Source of the DNA: an uncultured Parcubacteria group bacterium
Lineage (GTDB): Bacteria > Patescibacteriota > Patescibacteriia > UBA9934 > CAMTUG01
Direction of reading: 5' to 3'
Assembly (NCBI GenBank): GCA_947084965.1
Contig: CAMTUG010000001.1
Coordinates: 345,293 to 409,292, forward strand
Length of the DNA stretch: 64,000 nt
In this document: positions 55,168 through 64,000 of the stretch, one piece after another
How positions within the stretch are numbered: the first letter of the stretch is position 1
How the letters are laid out: each line of letters begins with the position of its first letter
Program-made: the position numbers and the translations under genes
Notes under the pieces: model-generated
Told to the model about the DNA's origin: nothing
Seen by the model: the letters and a program-made list of their open reading frames with translations, nothing else
Database searches by the model: none

Positions 55168-55241
55168 TCCGGGATCGTCTAACGGCAGGACAGCGGACTC
55201 TGAATCCGCTAATCATGGTTCGAATCCATGTCCCGGAACCA
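55168..55241 (+). tRNA. tRNA-Gln (anticodon CTG), CCA encoded
   Basis: Acceptor stem TCCGGGA/TCCCGGA (7 bp), anticodon stem GCGGA/TCCGC with loop CTCTGAA, T-arm CATGG-TTCGAAT-CCATG, discriminator A plus CCA. Confidence 0.85.
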
Positions 55242-55246
55242 GAAAA

Positions 55247-55272
55247 AATCTCAGCAGTTGCTGAGGTTTTTT
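55247..55272 (+). terminator. intrinsic terminator after the tRNA (CTCAGCA-gt-TGCTGAG + GTTTTTTC)
   Basis: 7-bp stem followed by a T6 run. Confidence 0.5.
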
Positions 55273-55392
55273 CTTGTCATGAATGAAAACGAAGAGCCGC
55301 ACCTGCCAGGGGCGACCTTCGTGCGTCCGAGAGTGGCTCGGAAGCGGGTCGCAGGCAGGCGCGGCGGTGGGGCCCCGAGGAGTCGGAGGGGC

Positions 55393-55917
55393 TCAGGCCG
55401 GCGGGGTGTAGGCGGCGCGCATCAGGCGCTCGATCCCGGCGGGGTCGAGGAAGGCAAGCGCTTGGTTGCTGTAGATCTCGGGGTCGTCGGTGACTTCTCG
55501 GACCACGGTGACCCCAGCCGGGAAGTCGGGCAGCTCCTCGTCCTCGCTCGAGAGTTCGATTTCGAGGATGACAAGCCCCTCGAACGGCCCCAGGAAGACG
55601 TCGAGCTCCCAGCGACCGAAGCGGTAGCGCGTCTTCTCGATCTTGTGCTCGCACATCTTGAGGAGACCGTGCCCGTCGACCGGATCGAGGACATCGACCT
55701 CGATCTCGGTGCGGACCATGCCACCGCCGCTCTTGAAGGTGAGGTAGAACAGCTTGTCGAAGCGGCGAATGCGCACGGCCGGCGGCGATCGGGTGAAGTA
55801 GCCCTGGCAGATCGCGATCTGCTCGTTGGCCTCGCCGTCGACGTCGAAGTCCTCCTTGAGCATGACGATGAAGCGGCGCTCGATCTCGATGTTCTCGGCC
55901 GGTGCGGTTCCTGACAT
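55393..55917 (-). CDS. CYTH-domain protein (second copy in the window), in a high-GC islet
   Basis: EIERRFIV (ExExK/R), EIEVDV, ILEIELS. About 65% GC. Start at MSGTAPAEN. Confidence 0.6.
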   Translation of the reverse strand: MSGTAPAENIEIERRFIVMLKEDFDVDGEANEQIAICQGYFTRSPPAVRIRRFDKLFYLTFKSGGGMVRTEIEVDVLDPVDGHGLLKMCEHKIEKTRYRFGRWELDVFLGPFEGLVILEIELSSEDEELPDFPAGVTVVREVTDDPEIYSNQALAFLDPAGIERLMRAAYTPPA

Positions 55918-55994
55918 GGGTGCCTCCTTGCGGCCCCTTGAACCTAGGGTATTTTGCGTCACCTGTCAACCTGCTGTGTTATGATAGACCCCGT

Positions 55995-56420
55995 ATGATT
56001 AAGGAAAGGCAGATCGCCATTGGGCTGGTCATGAAAGATGGATCCCTCTTGATGCTCGAGCGCAAAGACGAAAACCCCATGTGGGATCGCAAGTGGGAAT
56101 TTCCTGGCGGCAAAATCGAGGCGGGGGAAGACCCGCACACCGCCGTCTGCCGTGAAGTACAGGAAGAAACAGGGCTTCTTATCGAATCCCCCGAGTTTCT
56201 CGGGCTTCATTCGCACGACTGGAACCTTCCAGACGGCAGCATTTTGCGCGTCCATTTGCATTGTTTTTTGTGTACAGCGACGACAGATACGGTCATCCGC
56301 GAAGTCGATCACTCTTATGGCCACATTTGGATCGATCCAAAGACGATCGATACCTGGAATCTTCTCGAAGCCAACGCCGACTTGACCAAGGATTTACTCT
56401 GGCCAAGGTTGCAGAAGTAA
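55995..56420 (+). CDS. NUDIX hydrolase (MutT-like)
   Basis: GGKIEAGEDPHTAVCREVQEETGL. Start at MIKERQIAIG. Confidence 0.7.
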   Translation: MIKERQIAIGLVMKDGSLLMLERKDENPMWDRKWEFPGGKIEAGEDPHTAVCREVQEETGLLIESPEFLGLHSHDWNLPDGSILRVHLHCFLCTATTDTVIREVDHSYGHIWIDPKTIDTWNLLEANADLTKDLLWPRLQK

Positions 56421-57308
56421 ATGCGTCAGTATATTCTAATAGTTATTATGACAAAAGAAGGACATAGACCGCCAGAGTTTTCTGCAGAATTACAAAAGCA
56501 GATTGAGAATCCTGAAGTCCGTGCCGCAGACATAAGTCGTTCATTGCCAGAGATGGACGGCACAAAGATCATCATCCAACGTCATGAACGCTATCAGCGA
56601 TCTGGTGAATCGCTCGGGAGTTTGACGCCTGAGTCAGCGCAGAAGGCATACGATCAGTCACGACAGCTAATCAACGATATGCTTCGGAGCGTTCCAGAGC
56701 AGGAGCGTACAGATGTGCAGTTTCTTGTCGTCGGAAGTAACACCAAGTTTAGAGGAGAGGGAATGCGTAGCATGGAGACTGCTGGTCAGGTTTTGCGGGC
56801 GCTGCACGACGAGTTGTCGGAAGAACATTTGAATGCCTCGCAGATCGAAAATCAGAAATCCGTAAGAAAAGATGTTGCACCAATCACGCGAATGCAAGCC
56901 CCGCGTTTTCTCGACGACTCAAAGGAGTATTTTGATCTGCTTCTTCAAAGATACGGAGATGAAACTCAGGAATTTTGGAAGGCGTTCGAAGAGGATTCTC
57001 ACAAAGAAGAGCGTCTAAGACTTGGTGCAGAAGGACCTGATGAAATGGACCAGCGGTTCACGAATTATCTGAGGGCACTGACCAAATATGCAGAATATTT
57101 TCATAAAACAAATCCCGGCAAGCGTCTGGTGGTTTGGGCCGTGTCTCACTATGATACTGTCAGCCCATTCATTAAGAGGCATATCACAAAATCAGACCCC
57201 CATCAGTACTTGGCGATAGATTATGGAGCCGGAGTCAGTATTGAAGTGGATCCACAGGGTAATCTTACAAGTAGGTTTCAGGGTACTGAGTATCAGGTCG
57301 ATCTATAA
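56421..57308 (+). CDS. hypothetical protein (weak histidine-phosphatase-like features)
   Basis: 295 aa ORF with QRHERYQRSGE and AVSHYD. Assignment is weak. Confidence 0.35.
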   Translation: MRQYILIVIMTKEGHRPPEFSAELQKQIENPEVRAADISRSLPEMDGTKIIIQRHERYQRSGESLGSLTPESAQKAYDQSRQLINDMLRSVPEQERTDVQFLVVGSNTKFRGEGMRSMETAGQVLRALHDELSEEHLNASQIENQKSVRKDVAPITRMQAPRFLDDSKEYFDLLLQRYGDETQEFWKAFEEDSHKEERLRLGAEGPDEMDQRFTNYLRALTKYAEYFHKTNPGKRLVVWAVSHYDTVSPFIKRHITKSDPHQYLAIDYGAGVSIEVDPQGNLTSRFQGTEYQVDL

Positions 57309-57313
57309 GTTTT

Positions 57314-57832
57314 ATGCCGCAAGTATTTTGTGATGGCCGCGCCATTTATAAAAAAGTCCTAAAAGATTTTATTGTTCATAAAAAAGGTCTTTTTATTGTT
57401 GCTCCATCAGGGACGGGGAAATCTTATTTCGTGAATCATCAGAAAGAGAAAAATTGGGTTGACGGCGACGTCATCTGGAAAGCGGCCGGGGCGATTCCTA
57501 AAGGGGATTGGTGGAAGGAGGGTCTGCAGCGAGTTTTTGAAGTTGATCAGAAGTGTGACGTTGTCACTGCTGAGTGTATGCGCATGGGGTACTGGATACT
57601 GGGAGCGTCTTACTTTTGGTTGGTGCCGGATGCGATTGTTATTCCTGACTTAAAAACACAGAAGCGCTATATACTAGATCGTCAAAAGAATGCTTACGAT
57701 GGTGGAGCTAGGCTTGATGACATGAAGAATGTGCTGAATCATAGGGCCTGGCTTTTAGACCAGGCAAAGCAGCATCGGATCCCCGTATTCAAATCGATCG
57801 ATGCGGCGTGCTACTCTGGCTGGATGACTTGA
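57314..57832 (+). CDS. P-loop NTPase-like hypothetical protein
   Basis: Walker A-like LFIVAPSGTGKSYF. Confidence 0.45.
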   Translation: MPQVFCDGRAIYKKVLKDFIVHKKGLFIVAPSGTGKSYFVNHQKEKNWVDGDVIWKAAGAIPKGDWWKEGLQRVFEVDQKCDVVTAECMRMGYWILGASYFWLVPDAIVIPDLKTQKRYILDRQKNAYDGGARLDDMKNVLNHRAWLLDQAKQHRIPVFKSIDAACYSGWMT

Positions 57833-57865
57833 CCAAGGCCCTTTTGTGGCCTAGGTTATGAGGGT

Positions 57866-58201
57866 ATGACGATCAAGGGGAAGGTCATTCCTGGAGAAGG
57901 AAAGGCCGGCAGATATTATAAAACGCCGACCGCCAATCTTTCTGTTGCGCCCGCGGGACTTGCTAAGGGGGTCTACGCTGGTTTTGCGACTCTTGATGGG
58001 GCGACCTGGCCGAGCGTTATCTGTTGGGGGGAGAAGTTTGAAGCTCATCTCTTCGGTTACGACGGCGATCTGTATGGCAAGGAGGTGACGGTCGAGATCA
58101 AAGAAAAGGTAAGTGACCTGGAGTCATTCAAAGGGGAAGCACAGATGCGCAGGAAGATTGAGAGCGACGTTGCTCGGGCTAAAGCCATTCTCAACGTATA
58201 A
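57866..58201 (+). CDS. riboflavin kinase (monofunctional, RibF C-terminal-domain type)
   Basis: GKVIPGEGKAGRYYKTPTANL…GVYAG…DLYGKEV matches the riboflavin kinase domain. No FAD-synthetase domain. Confidence 0.75.
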   Translation: MTIKGKVIPGEGKAGRYYKTPTANLSVAPAGLAKGVYAGFATLDGATWPSVICWGEKFEAHLFGYDGDLYGKEVTVEIKEKVSDLESFKGEAQMRRKIESDVARAKAILNV

Positions 58202-58203
58202 GT

Positions 58204-58785
58204 ATGTACACCGGTATTATTTTGCATCAAGGGACAGTCAAGAACGTGAAGCCCGCAGATGGTGGCGGGCTCCGTCTTCGTATTGATGCGCCAGAAGTGA
58301 TGGATCGGGTTCATGGCGGAAGTTCAGTCAACGTTGAAGGGATCTGTCTCACTGCGACCGAGACCGATGCCAACGGATTTTGGTCAGATGTAATGCCGGA
58401 AACGCTTGCTAAAACGAATATCGGTGGTTGGACTCCAGGTCGCACGGTGAACATTGAACCTTCGCTGCGCGTCGGGGACGAGATGGGGGGTCATATCGTC
58501 TACGGCCATGTTGATGGTACGGTTGAAGTGGTCGATCTAGCGATGGATGGAAATGCAAGAGTTGCCTGGTTTCGCATGTCACCTGAGTTAGCGAAATTCA
58601 TCGTGCCTAAAGGTTCGGTTGCCTTAAATGGAGCGAGCTTGACGGTCGTCGATGTCACTCCCGAATCCTTTACCGTTTCGATGATCCCTGAAACGGTTGC
58701 ACGTACAACCTTTCGTGATGTGCAGATCGGTGATCGCGTAAACGTTGAAGCTGACATGATTCTCCGTTATGGCGAACGCCGTTAA
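58204..58785 (+). CDS. ribE: riboflavin synthase alpha chain
   Basis: MYTGII…NGICLT…DVMPETL…GGHIVYGHVDG, two lumazine-binding repeats. Confidence 0.85.
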   Translation: MYTGIILHQGTVKNVKPADGGGLRLRIDAPEVMDRVHGGSSVNVEGICLTATETDANGFWSDVMPETLAKTNIGGWTPGRTVNIEPSLRVGDEMGGHIVYGHVDGTVEVVDLAMDGNARVAWFRMSPELAKFIVPKGSVALNGASLTVVDVTPESFTVSMIPETVARTTFRDVQIGDRVNVEADMILRYGERR

Positions 58786-59284
58786 TCCACTCGAACTTGC
58801 GATTGAAAATTGGCTCGACCGGATCGAGCACGGTTCGCATTGCGCCGCTTTTCGTGACGCTTGGTTGCGACTCAATACACTCTCAACCGCTGACTTGGAA
58901 CTCACCCCCCAAGACCTTGGTCCGCACAACACCTCCCTCCTGCTGGCGATCGAGCTGAAGTCGTTCGGTAAGCCGCTTGGGTCGTTTTGCTGCGCCGTAC
59001 GCGACGGGCATCCGACCGAAGATCGTACGATGATGATCTCCGCACCGACCTTTTCTGCTCGTGTTCCAGAAGATTTGCGCCGAGCAACGCTCAGTTGTCT
59101 CTATCGATTGTCTCCACCCAAATCTATTCTTGAAGTCGTTCTTGATGATGATGTTTCCTCGCCGACCTCGACGCTTGAGGTGGCGGGGCGGTATACTGAT
59201 GCGGGGTGGGGACTTGATCCGAAATCAACGGAACTTATTTCGGAAAATCCGCGCCGCTGGGTCTTTCGCTTTACAAAAAATTAG
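58769..59284 (+). CDS. hypothetical protein
   Basis: 171 aa ORF overlapping the ribE stop. No recognisable motif. Confidence 0.35.
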   Translation: MANAVNPLELAIENWLDRIEHGSHCAAFRDAWLRLNTLSTADLELTPQDLGPHNTSLLLAIELKSFGKPLGSFCCAVRDGHPTEDRTMMISAPTFSARVPEDLRRATLSCLYRLSPPKSILEVVLDDDVSSPTSTLEVAGRYTDAGWGLDPKSTELISENPRRWVFRFTKN

Positions 59285-59294
59285 CCTCACGGAT

Positions 59295-59519
59295 ATGGTG
59301 GAGAATCTTTCGTACGATCGCGAGTTGGTCTGGTCCGAAATTGTGGAACGCGCCCGGGAACAGGCGGTCACCAGCCAAGAAGCATTTCATGAACTGGTCG
59401 ACGACTATTTTATGGAGCGGCTCGAGGTTGGCGAACTTGATGAAGATCAGAACGTGCAGGAACTGGCGGCAGAAATCAAAGGACGCTGGGAGGATTTTAA
59501 GATCGATCTCGGTATCTAG
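59295..59519 (+). CDS. hypothetical small acidic protein
   Basis: 74 aa. The tracked 152-aa ORF overlaps the previous gene; start chosen at MVENLSY. Confidence 0.3.
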   Translation: MVENLSYDRELVWSEIVERAREQAVTSQEAFHELVDDYFMERLEVGELDEDQNVQELAAEIKGRWEDFKIDLGI

Positions 59520-59533
59520 CCGAAACTTGTCGT

Positions 59534-59632
59534 GACGGCGGAGGTTCGAGCTGACGAGTTCTCTTTTCGCGCGCAGCCCTTATCCTTTCTTCGGGGTCGA
59601 GCACGAAAAGAGTGTCCGCGAGACCGAGTACG
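59534..59632 (+). repeat. copy 2 of the ~100-nt conserved structured intergenic element
   Basis: See 43214..43314. Lies 15 nt upstream of the MBL-fold gene ATG. Confidence 0.6.
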
Positions 59633-59647
59633 GCACGACTAAACTTT

Positions 59648-60991
59648 ATGAAATTGTCCTTTCACGGCGCAGCGAAAGAAGTGACCGGATCTTGCATGCT
59701 TCTCGAAACAGCGACCACAAAGCTGCTGATCGACTGTGGCATGTTTCAAGGGGAGCGCGTCTGTGGACGCAAAAATTTCGATGATTTTGAATTTGATCCA
59801 AAACAGATTGACGCCGTTGTTGTCACGCACCCACACTTGGATCATACCGGCCGCTTGCCGCGGTTGATTGATCTTGGCTTCAGCGGGAAGATCTACATGA
59901 CTGAACCGGGTTGTGCGCTCTCCAAGATTGTGATGGAGGATGCCTTTCACGTCATGACCGAGAACGCGGAGCGCTGTCAGGACAAGGTTCTTTACGATCT
60001 TGAGGATTTAAAAAAAACGTTCACCCACTGCCATCCCGTTGGCTACCACGAGGCGTTCGAAGTCGGCGACATGTCGGTCATGTTGCATGAAGCGGGGCAT
60101 GTCCTTGGCTCGGCCTATATCTCTGTTGAGGCGGAAGGAAAGCGCGTCGTGTTTTCTGGAGATATTGGCAATGACAACGTTCCGATTTTAAACGCTACCG
60201 AACCAATTTCTCGGGCGGACGTTGTTGTCTGTGAATCGACGTACGGTGGCCGTGTTCATGAACCGATCGAAACGCGCCGAGTGAAGCTTCGTGAGGTGGT
60301 GGAAAAAACGATCACCCGTGGTGGAGCATTGCTTATACCAGCGTTTTCCATTGAGCGCACGCAGGAATTGTTGTATGAGCTGAACAATATGCTGCCGTCG
60401 TTTTCAAAAGAGATCCCCATTTTTCTCGACAGCCCGCTGGCGATCCGCGCCACGGAACTGTATCGTCACTACAAAACGTACTTACACTTTGATCATCCGA
60501 TCATGGGTGAAAAAGATCGGGATTTCTTTTCGTTTCCGGGATTGCATGAAACACTCGACGTCAAGGATTCAAAGCACATTCACAACGTCGCCAATCCAAA
60601 AATTATTATCGCCGGGAGTGGAATGATGACAGGTGGACGCATTTTGCATCACCTCATCGATGAATTACCGAATCCAAAATCGATGCTGCTGGTGATCGGG
60701 TATGTGGCTCACGGTACCCTTGGGCGCCTGTTGTATGAAGGAGCGAAAAAGGTTCGCATTTTTGGGAAGGAGGTGCAGGTGAAAGCAGATGTTGAAGCGA
60801 TTGGTGCTTTTTCGGCGCATGGCGACATGAACAAGTTAACGACCTGGATACAACCGGTTGATGGCAAGATGCCAAAAGTTTTTCTCGTCCACGGTGACCC
60901 AGAAGCCAAAGAACTTTTTGCTACCCATTTACGCCACCACTTGAAAACAGAGGTGGTGATTCCGGAATATCACGAAGCGTTTACACTTTGA
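59648..60991 (+). CDS. MBL-fold beta-CASP family hydrolase (RNase J / CPSF-like putative ribonuclease)
   Basis: HPHLDHTG (HxHxDH), the SGDIGND…H…H pattern, and a beta-CASP-like C-terminal half. Confidence 0.7.
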   Translation: MKLSFHGAAKEVTGSCMLLETATTKLLIDCGMFQGERVCGRKNFDDFEFDPKQIDAVVVTHPHLDHTGRLPRLIDLGFSGKIYMTEPGCALSKIVMEDAFHVMTENAERCQDKVLYDLEDLKKTFTHCHPVGYHEAFEVGDMSVMLHEAGHVLGSAYISVEAEGKRVVFSGDIGNDNVPILNATEPISRADVVVCESTYGGRVHEPIETRRVKLREVVEKTITRGGALLIPAFSIERTQELLYELNNMLPSFSKEIPIFLDSPLAIRATELYRHYKTYLHFDHPIMGEKDRDFFSFPGLHETLDVKDSKHIHNVANPKIIIAGSGMMTGGRILHHLIDELPNPKSMLLVIGYVAHGTLGRLLYEGAKKVRIFGKEVQVKADVEAIGAFSAHGDMNKLTTWIQPVDGKMPKVFLVHGDPEAKELFATHLRHHLKTEVVIPEYHEAFTL

Positions 60992-61581
60992 AACCATAGG
61001 TAAAACGCCTCTGCCGCGCTTCCTTCCACCACAAAGGTTGTATCGGTGACGGCATAAGGAGCAACTTCTGAAACATCAAATGGAGCGGAGCTGATCTGAC
61101 CTATCTGGTCGTTGATGATCGCGCTCACGAGTCCCGTCAAGGGAATGACACTGACGCGCTGCTGCCAATCGTAGTAAACGAACGACATCTGTCCGCCGAT
61201 CGTGGTGGCAGAAACGACCTGCGTCTGTGCTGTTACGGCGCGATCTGGTGCGCGAAGGGTGTCGATGGCGAGCCGTCCTTTTTTAACGGTCAGCTCGATC
61301 TGCTCCTTGGTGAGCGTGGTCAGTTCAATTTCTGTGTCTTCGTAGAGGCCGATGCGTGTACCGTCGATCTCTAACAGCGTGTGTTCACCGCGCCCAGTTG
61401 AGACGATCGCTCCGCGGCGCAGTTCCGTGACGACCCCAGAAGCATCCATCACCGTTGCCCGAAGGTTCGGTGCATAGCCAGCCCCACCAGCAATAGTTAA
61501 TTGTAAGCGCGTGCCAACGAGTAACATCAAGGTGATAACGCCAATGAAACCGATTATGCTATACTGAAATGGTCTACTCAT
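60970..61581 (-). CDS. hypothetical membrane-anchored protein
   Basis: N-terminal TM helix after MSRPFQYSIIGFIGVITLML, then a Thr/Val-rich beta-strand-like domain. Confidence 0.4.
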   Translation of the reverse strand: MSRPFQYSIIGFIGVITLMLLVGTRLQLTIAGGAGYAPNLRATVMDASGVVTELRRGAIVSTGRGEHTLLEIDGTRIGLYEDTEIELTTLTKEQIELTVKKGRLAIDTLRAPDRAVTAQTQVVSATTIGGQMSFVYYDWQQRVSVIPLTGLVSAIINDQIGQISSAPFDVSEVAPYAVTDTTFVVEGSAAEAFYLWFQSVNAS

Positions 61582-61624
61582 AATTTCGAATTTCGTTTTT
61601 CGAATTCGTACTTTCAACAGCATT

Positions 61625-61900
61625 ATGGCTCTGATTGAATTCTACGGCAAGGAGTGCCCGCACTGTGTGCGCATGGCGCCACTCGTTGAACAGCTTAAAA
61701 AAGAAGGGGTGAAGATTGAACAGTTTGAAGTTTGGCATGATGAAAAAAATGCGGCCAAGATGGAAGAATATGATCGCGGCTATTGTGGTGGGGTGCCGTT
61801 TTTTGTGAACACGACCAGCAAAAAGTTTATTTGCGGCGGGGCGGATGAAAAAGACCTCCGCGCTTGGGCAGAGGGCAAGGGTGGCGATGCGATGAAATAG
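61625..61900 (+). CDS. thioredoxin/glutaredoxin-fold small protein
   Basis: CPHC active-site motif. 91 aa. Confidence 0.55.
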   Translation: MALIEFYGKECPHCVRMAPLVEQLKKEGVKIEQFEVWHDEKNAAKMEEYDRGYCGGVPFFVNTTSKKFICGGADEKDLRAWAEGKGGDAMK

Positions 61901-61928
61901 TTAGTACTTAGGTCAGAGCGTGCTCGGT

Positions 61929-62780
61929 CTAGACGAGCCGTTCCACCCAGTGCGGATCGACTTCGACGTTCAGGTCGATGAAGACCTTTTTTTGGAGCAC
62001 GCCTTCCAATTCTTTGCGTGCTGATTGTCCGACTTCGGTCAGGCCGACGCCACCCTTGCCGATAACCATCCCTTTGTACCGCGCTTCGTTCAATAAAATG
62101 CGTGCAGCGATGTAGATCGTCCCCGGTTTTTTCTCAGAAATATCGACCACTTCAACATGAATCGAATACGGCACCTCCTTGCGCAAACGCATGAACAGTT
62201 TTTCGCGGATCAATTCCGCCACCCACACTTCGTGCGGCAAACTAGAAAGCTGACCTTCTGGATAAAACGGTTCACCTTCCGGTAGGACTTCAAAGAGACG
62301 ATCCTTCAGCTGATTGAGGTTGATGTGACGCAGGGCAGAGACTTCGATCACGGTGTCGAAGTTTTTTGCCATATCGCGGTAGGTGTCGATAAATGGCTTT
62401 TCCGTGTAATCGATCTTGTTGATGACCAGGATTTTTGGCGCTGTGGCGTGAGCGATCATCTCAAGCGCCTGGTGTTCTTCGTTGCCGATCGCTCGCGAAG
62501 GATCAACGACATAGACGATCGCATCAACGTCTTTCAAGGATTCTGCAGCAAACGAGATCAACTTTTTTGTCAGGGCATCACGGGAGACTTGCATCACCCC
62601 TGGTGTATCAACGAAAACGATCTGACCGCGTTCTTCACTGATAATTCCGTGAATCGGATAGCGGGTCGTCTGTGGTTTTGGAGTAGTGATCGCTACTTTT
62701 GAGCCAACCAAAGCGTTGAGAAGCGTGGACTTCCCGACGTTGCTGCGACCGATTAATGCGACGAAACCCGATGTAGGCAT
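61929..62780 (-). CDS. era: GTPase Era
   Basis: GRSNVGKSTLLNAL, DTPG, NKID, and a C-terminal KH domain (VIGKGG). Confidence 0.9.
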   Translation of the reverse strand: MPTSGFVALIGRSNVGKSTLLNALVGSKVAITTPKPQTTRYPIHGIISEERGQIVFVDTPGVMQVSRDALTKKLISFAAESLKDVDAIVYVVDPSRAIGNEEHQALEMIAHATAPKILVINKIDYTEKPFIDTYRDMAKNFDTVIEVSALRHINLNQLKDRLFEVLPEGEPFYPEGQLSSLPHEVWVAELIREKLFMRLRKEVPYSIHVEVVDISEKKPGTIYIAARILLNEARYKGMVIGKGGVGLTEVGQSARKELEGVLQKKVFIDLNVEVDPHWVERLV

Positions 62781-63922
62781 ACGACAACTTCGACGTGGGG
62801 GGTGTGAGGAAATAAGTCTAAGGCGATGATCTTTTCGATCGTGTACTCCTTTAAGAAGGCCGGAAGCTCCTCAATCAACTTTTCGTATTTACAGGAGACG
62901 TAGATGATACGCTCGGGAAGCGCTTTTGTCAACGCATCGATCACGTCCGGATGAAGTCCGGCGCGCGGTGGATCAACGATCACGGTGTCCGGCTGATGCA
63001 CCGTCCAGTCGTAATCCTCTGTTTTGGAAGCGACAAAGGGGATTCCGTCCAGGTTATTGAGCTTCGCATTTGCCTTTGCGGCCTCGATCGCCAACGGATC
63101 AATTTCGATGCCCATCGTTTTGATGCCACGTTTTGCAAGGGCCAAGGTAAAAAATCCTGCCCCACAGTACAGATCCATCACCTGTTTGCCGTTTGCTGCG
63201 GCTTCGACAACAACATCCTGGAGCTGGGCGGCCATGAGCGAGTTCGTCTGAAAGAAACTCCCGTGCTCGATCGCGTAGGTGATTCCGTTGATCGATTCCT
63301 TAAAGCTCATGCCCCCTTTGAGCACGGCGATCTGCGAGGATCGCGAGACTTCAGACTTCGTACCGTTGACGCCCCAGAGGATATGCGTTGCCAGCGAATC
63401 GAGCGCTTGGCGAAACTGCTCTTGCTGTTCGACAGATCCTTCGGAGGAGGTAATTAATTCCACGAGACGCTCGCTGGTATTCTTTCCCTCACGCACAACG
63501 AGATAGCGAAAAAACCCTTCCTGCGTTTTGCTATCCCAAAACGGGAGACCGGTTGATCGTGTCCACTCGCGCACGGCGCGCAGAATTTCTGGAGTTTCTG
63601 GCGACAACAAATAACAGGTGGTGATGTCGAGCGTCTCCCACCACCGGCCGACCGCCTTTAATCCGAGCTCGCCGCCACGACCAAAGGCGTAATCCATCCG
63701 ATTGCGGTAGTAAAAAGGATCAGGGCAGGGGATGATTTCAGAAACATGCGCAGAAAGTCCGGCGGCTGCAAATGCATCATCCACGGACTGCCGTTTAAGC
63801 TGAACTTGAAAATCATAGGCAACGTCCTGGCTCGAACAGCCGCCACAGTCTGCGGCAAACGGACAGCGCGCCAAAACGCGCGCTTCGGGCGGGATAAATG
63901 CTGGTTGAGTCGGTTTCGACAT
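62753..63922 (-). CDS. class I SAM-dependent RNA (uracil-5-)-methyltransferase, RumA/TrmA family, with an Fe-S Cys cluster
   Basis: N-terminal CPFAADCGGC. SAM motif VMDLYCGAGFFTLALA. C-terminal catalytic Cys (VSCKY). Confidence 0.8.
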   Translation of the reverse strand: MSKPTQPAFIPPEARVLARCPFAADCGGCSSQDVAYDFQVQLKRQSVDDAFAAAGLSAHVSEIIPCPDPFYYRNRMDYAFGRGGELGLKAVGRWWETLDITTCYLLSPETPEILRAVREWTRSTGLPFWDSKTQEGFFRYLVVREGKNTSERLVELITSSEGSVEQQEQFRQALDSLATHILWGVNGTKSEVSRSSQIAVLKGGMSFKESINGITYAIEHGSFFQTNSLMAAQLQDVVVEAAANGKQVMDLYCGAGFFTLALAKRGIKTMGIEIDPLAIEAAKANAKLNNLDGIPFVASKTEDYDWTVHQPDTVIVDPPRAGLHPDVIDALTKALPERIIYVSCKYEKLIEELPAFLKEYTIEKIIALDLFPHTPHVEVVVCLHRVSSH

Positions 63923-63954
63923 AGATTTTCCCTTATGCTACCATAGTTAAACAT

Positions 63955-64000
63955 ATGCTCACGATCGTCATCCCAACAAAGAATGAAGAGGAGTATCTGC
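63955..64000 (+). CDS. 5' fragment of a family-2 glycosyltransferase-like gene (MLTIVIPTKNEEEYL…)
   Basis: The IVIPTKNE motif is typical of GT2 N-termini. The gene runs off the window edge. Confidence 0.35.
   Translation, partial: MLTIVIPTKNEEEYL

Noticed and set aside
55228-55969. Alternative plus and minus ORFs (55228..55914+, 55277..55969-, 55422..55724-) over the high-GC CYTH gene
   Set aside because: These are Arg/Gly/Pro-rich shadow frames. Only the 55393..55917(-) frame carries the CYTH ExExK and EIE motifs.

Overview
This window reads as a compact, gene-dense bacterial chromosome segment of about 50% GC, with most genes separated by only 1-4 bp at a recurring TA(A/G)TATG stop/start junction. 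The housekeeping content (secD-secF, lepA, recJ, rnhA, cysS, dnaX, era, mnmA, uppP, riboflavin kinase and synthase, pilM plus a type IV pilin, an ABC-2 exporter, one tRNA-Gln, several NUDIX and CYTH hydrolases) fits a small-genome Patescibacteria/CPR-like organism; that assignment is inference only. The main result is a ~23 kb same-strand block (11360-34529). It starts with a membrane N-domain protein, followed by two tandem VirD4/TraD-like (type IV coupling protein family) P-loop ATPases. Immediately downstream is a perfectly tandem array of ten diverged paralogs (~561-581 aa each, 16582-33883) of an unrecognised cysteine-rich family rich in CxxCxxC motifs. Each paralog ends in a zinc-ribbon-like motif that resembles one at the C-terminus of the adjacent ATPase. 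A third copy of the ATPase sits at 47328-49847, with the N-domain and ATPase fused into one protein. Other notable items: secD carries an inserted parvulin (PpiC-type PPIase) domain; five high-GC (~60-65%) small-gene islets are embedded in the ~50% GC background; a ~100-nt structured intergenic element occurs twice (43214-43314 and 59534-59632); there is a promoter-plus-terminator bounded candidate small RNA (6106-6262); and a perfect 17-bp inverted repeat pair with a TTTGCAAA core lies in the 5' region of a CYTH gene. No CRISPR array, integrase, relaxase or transposase was seen.
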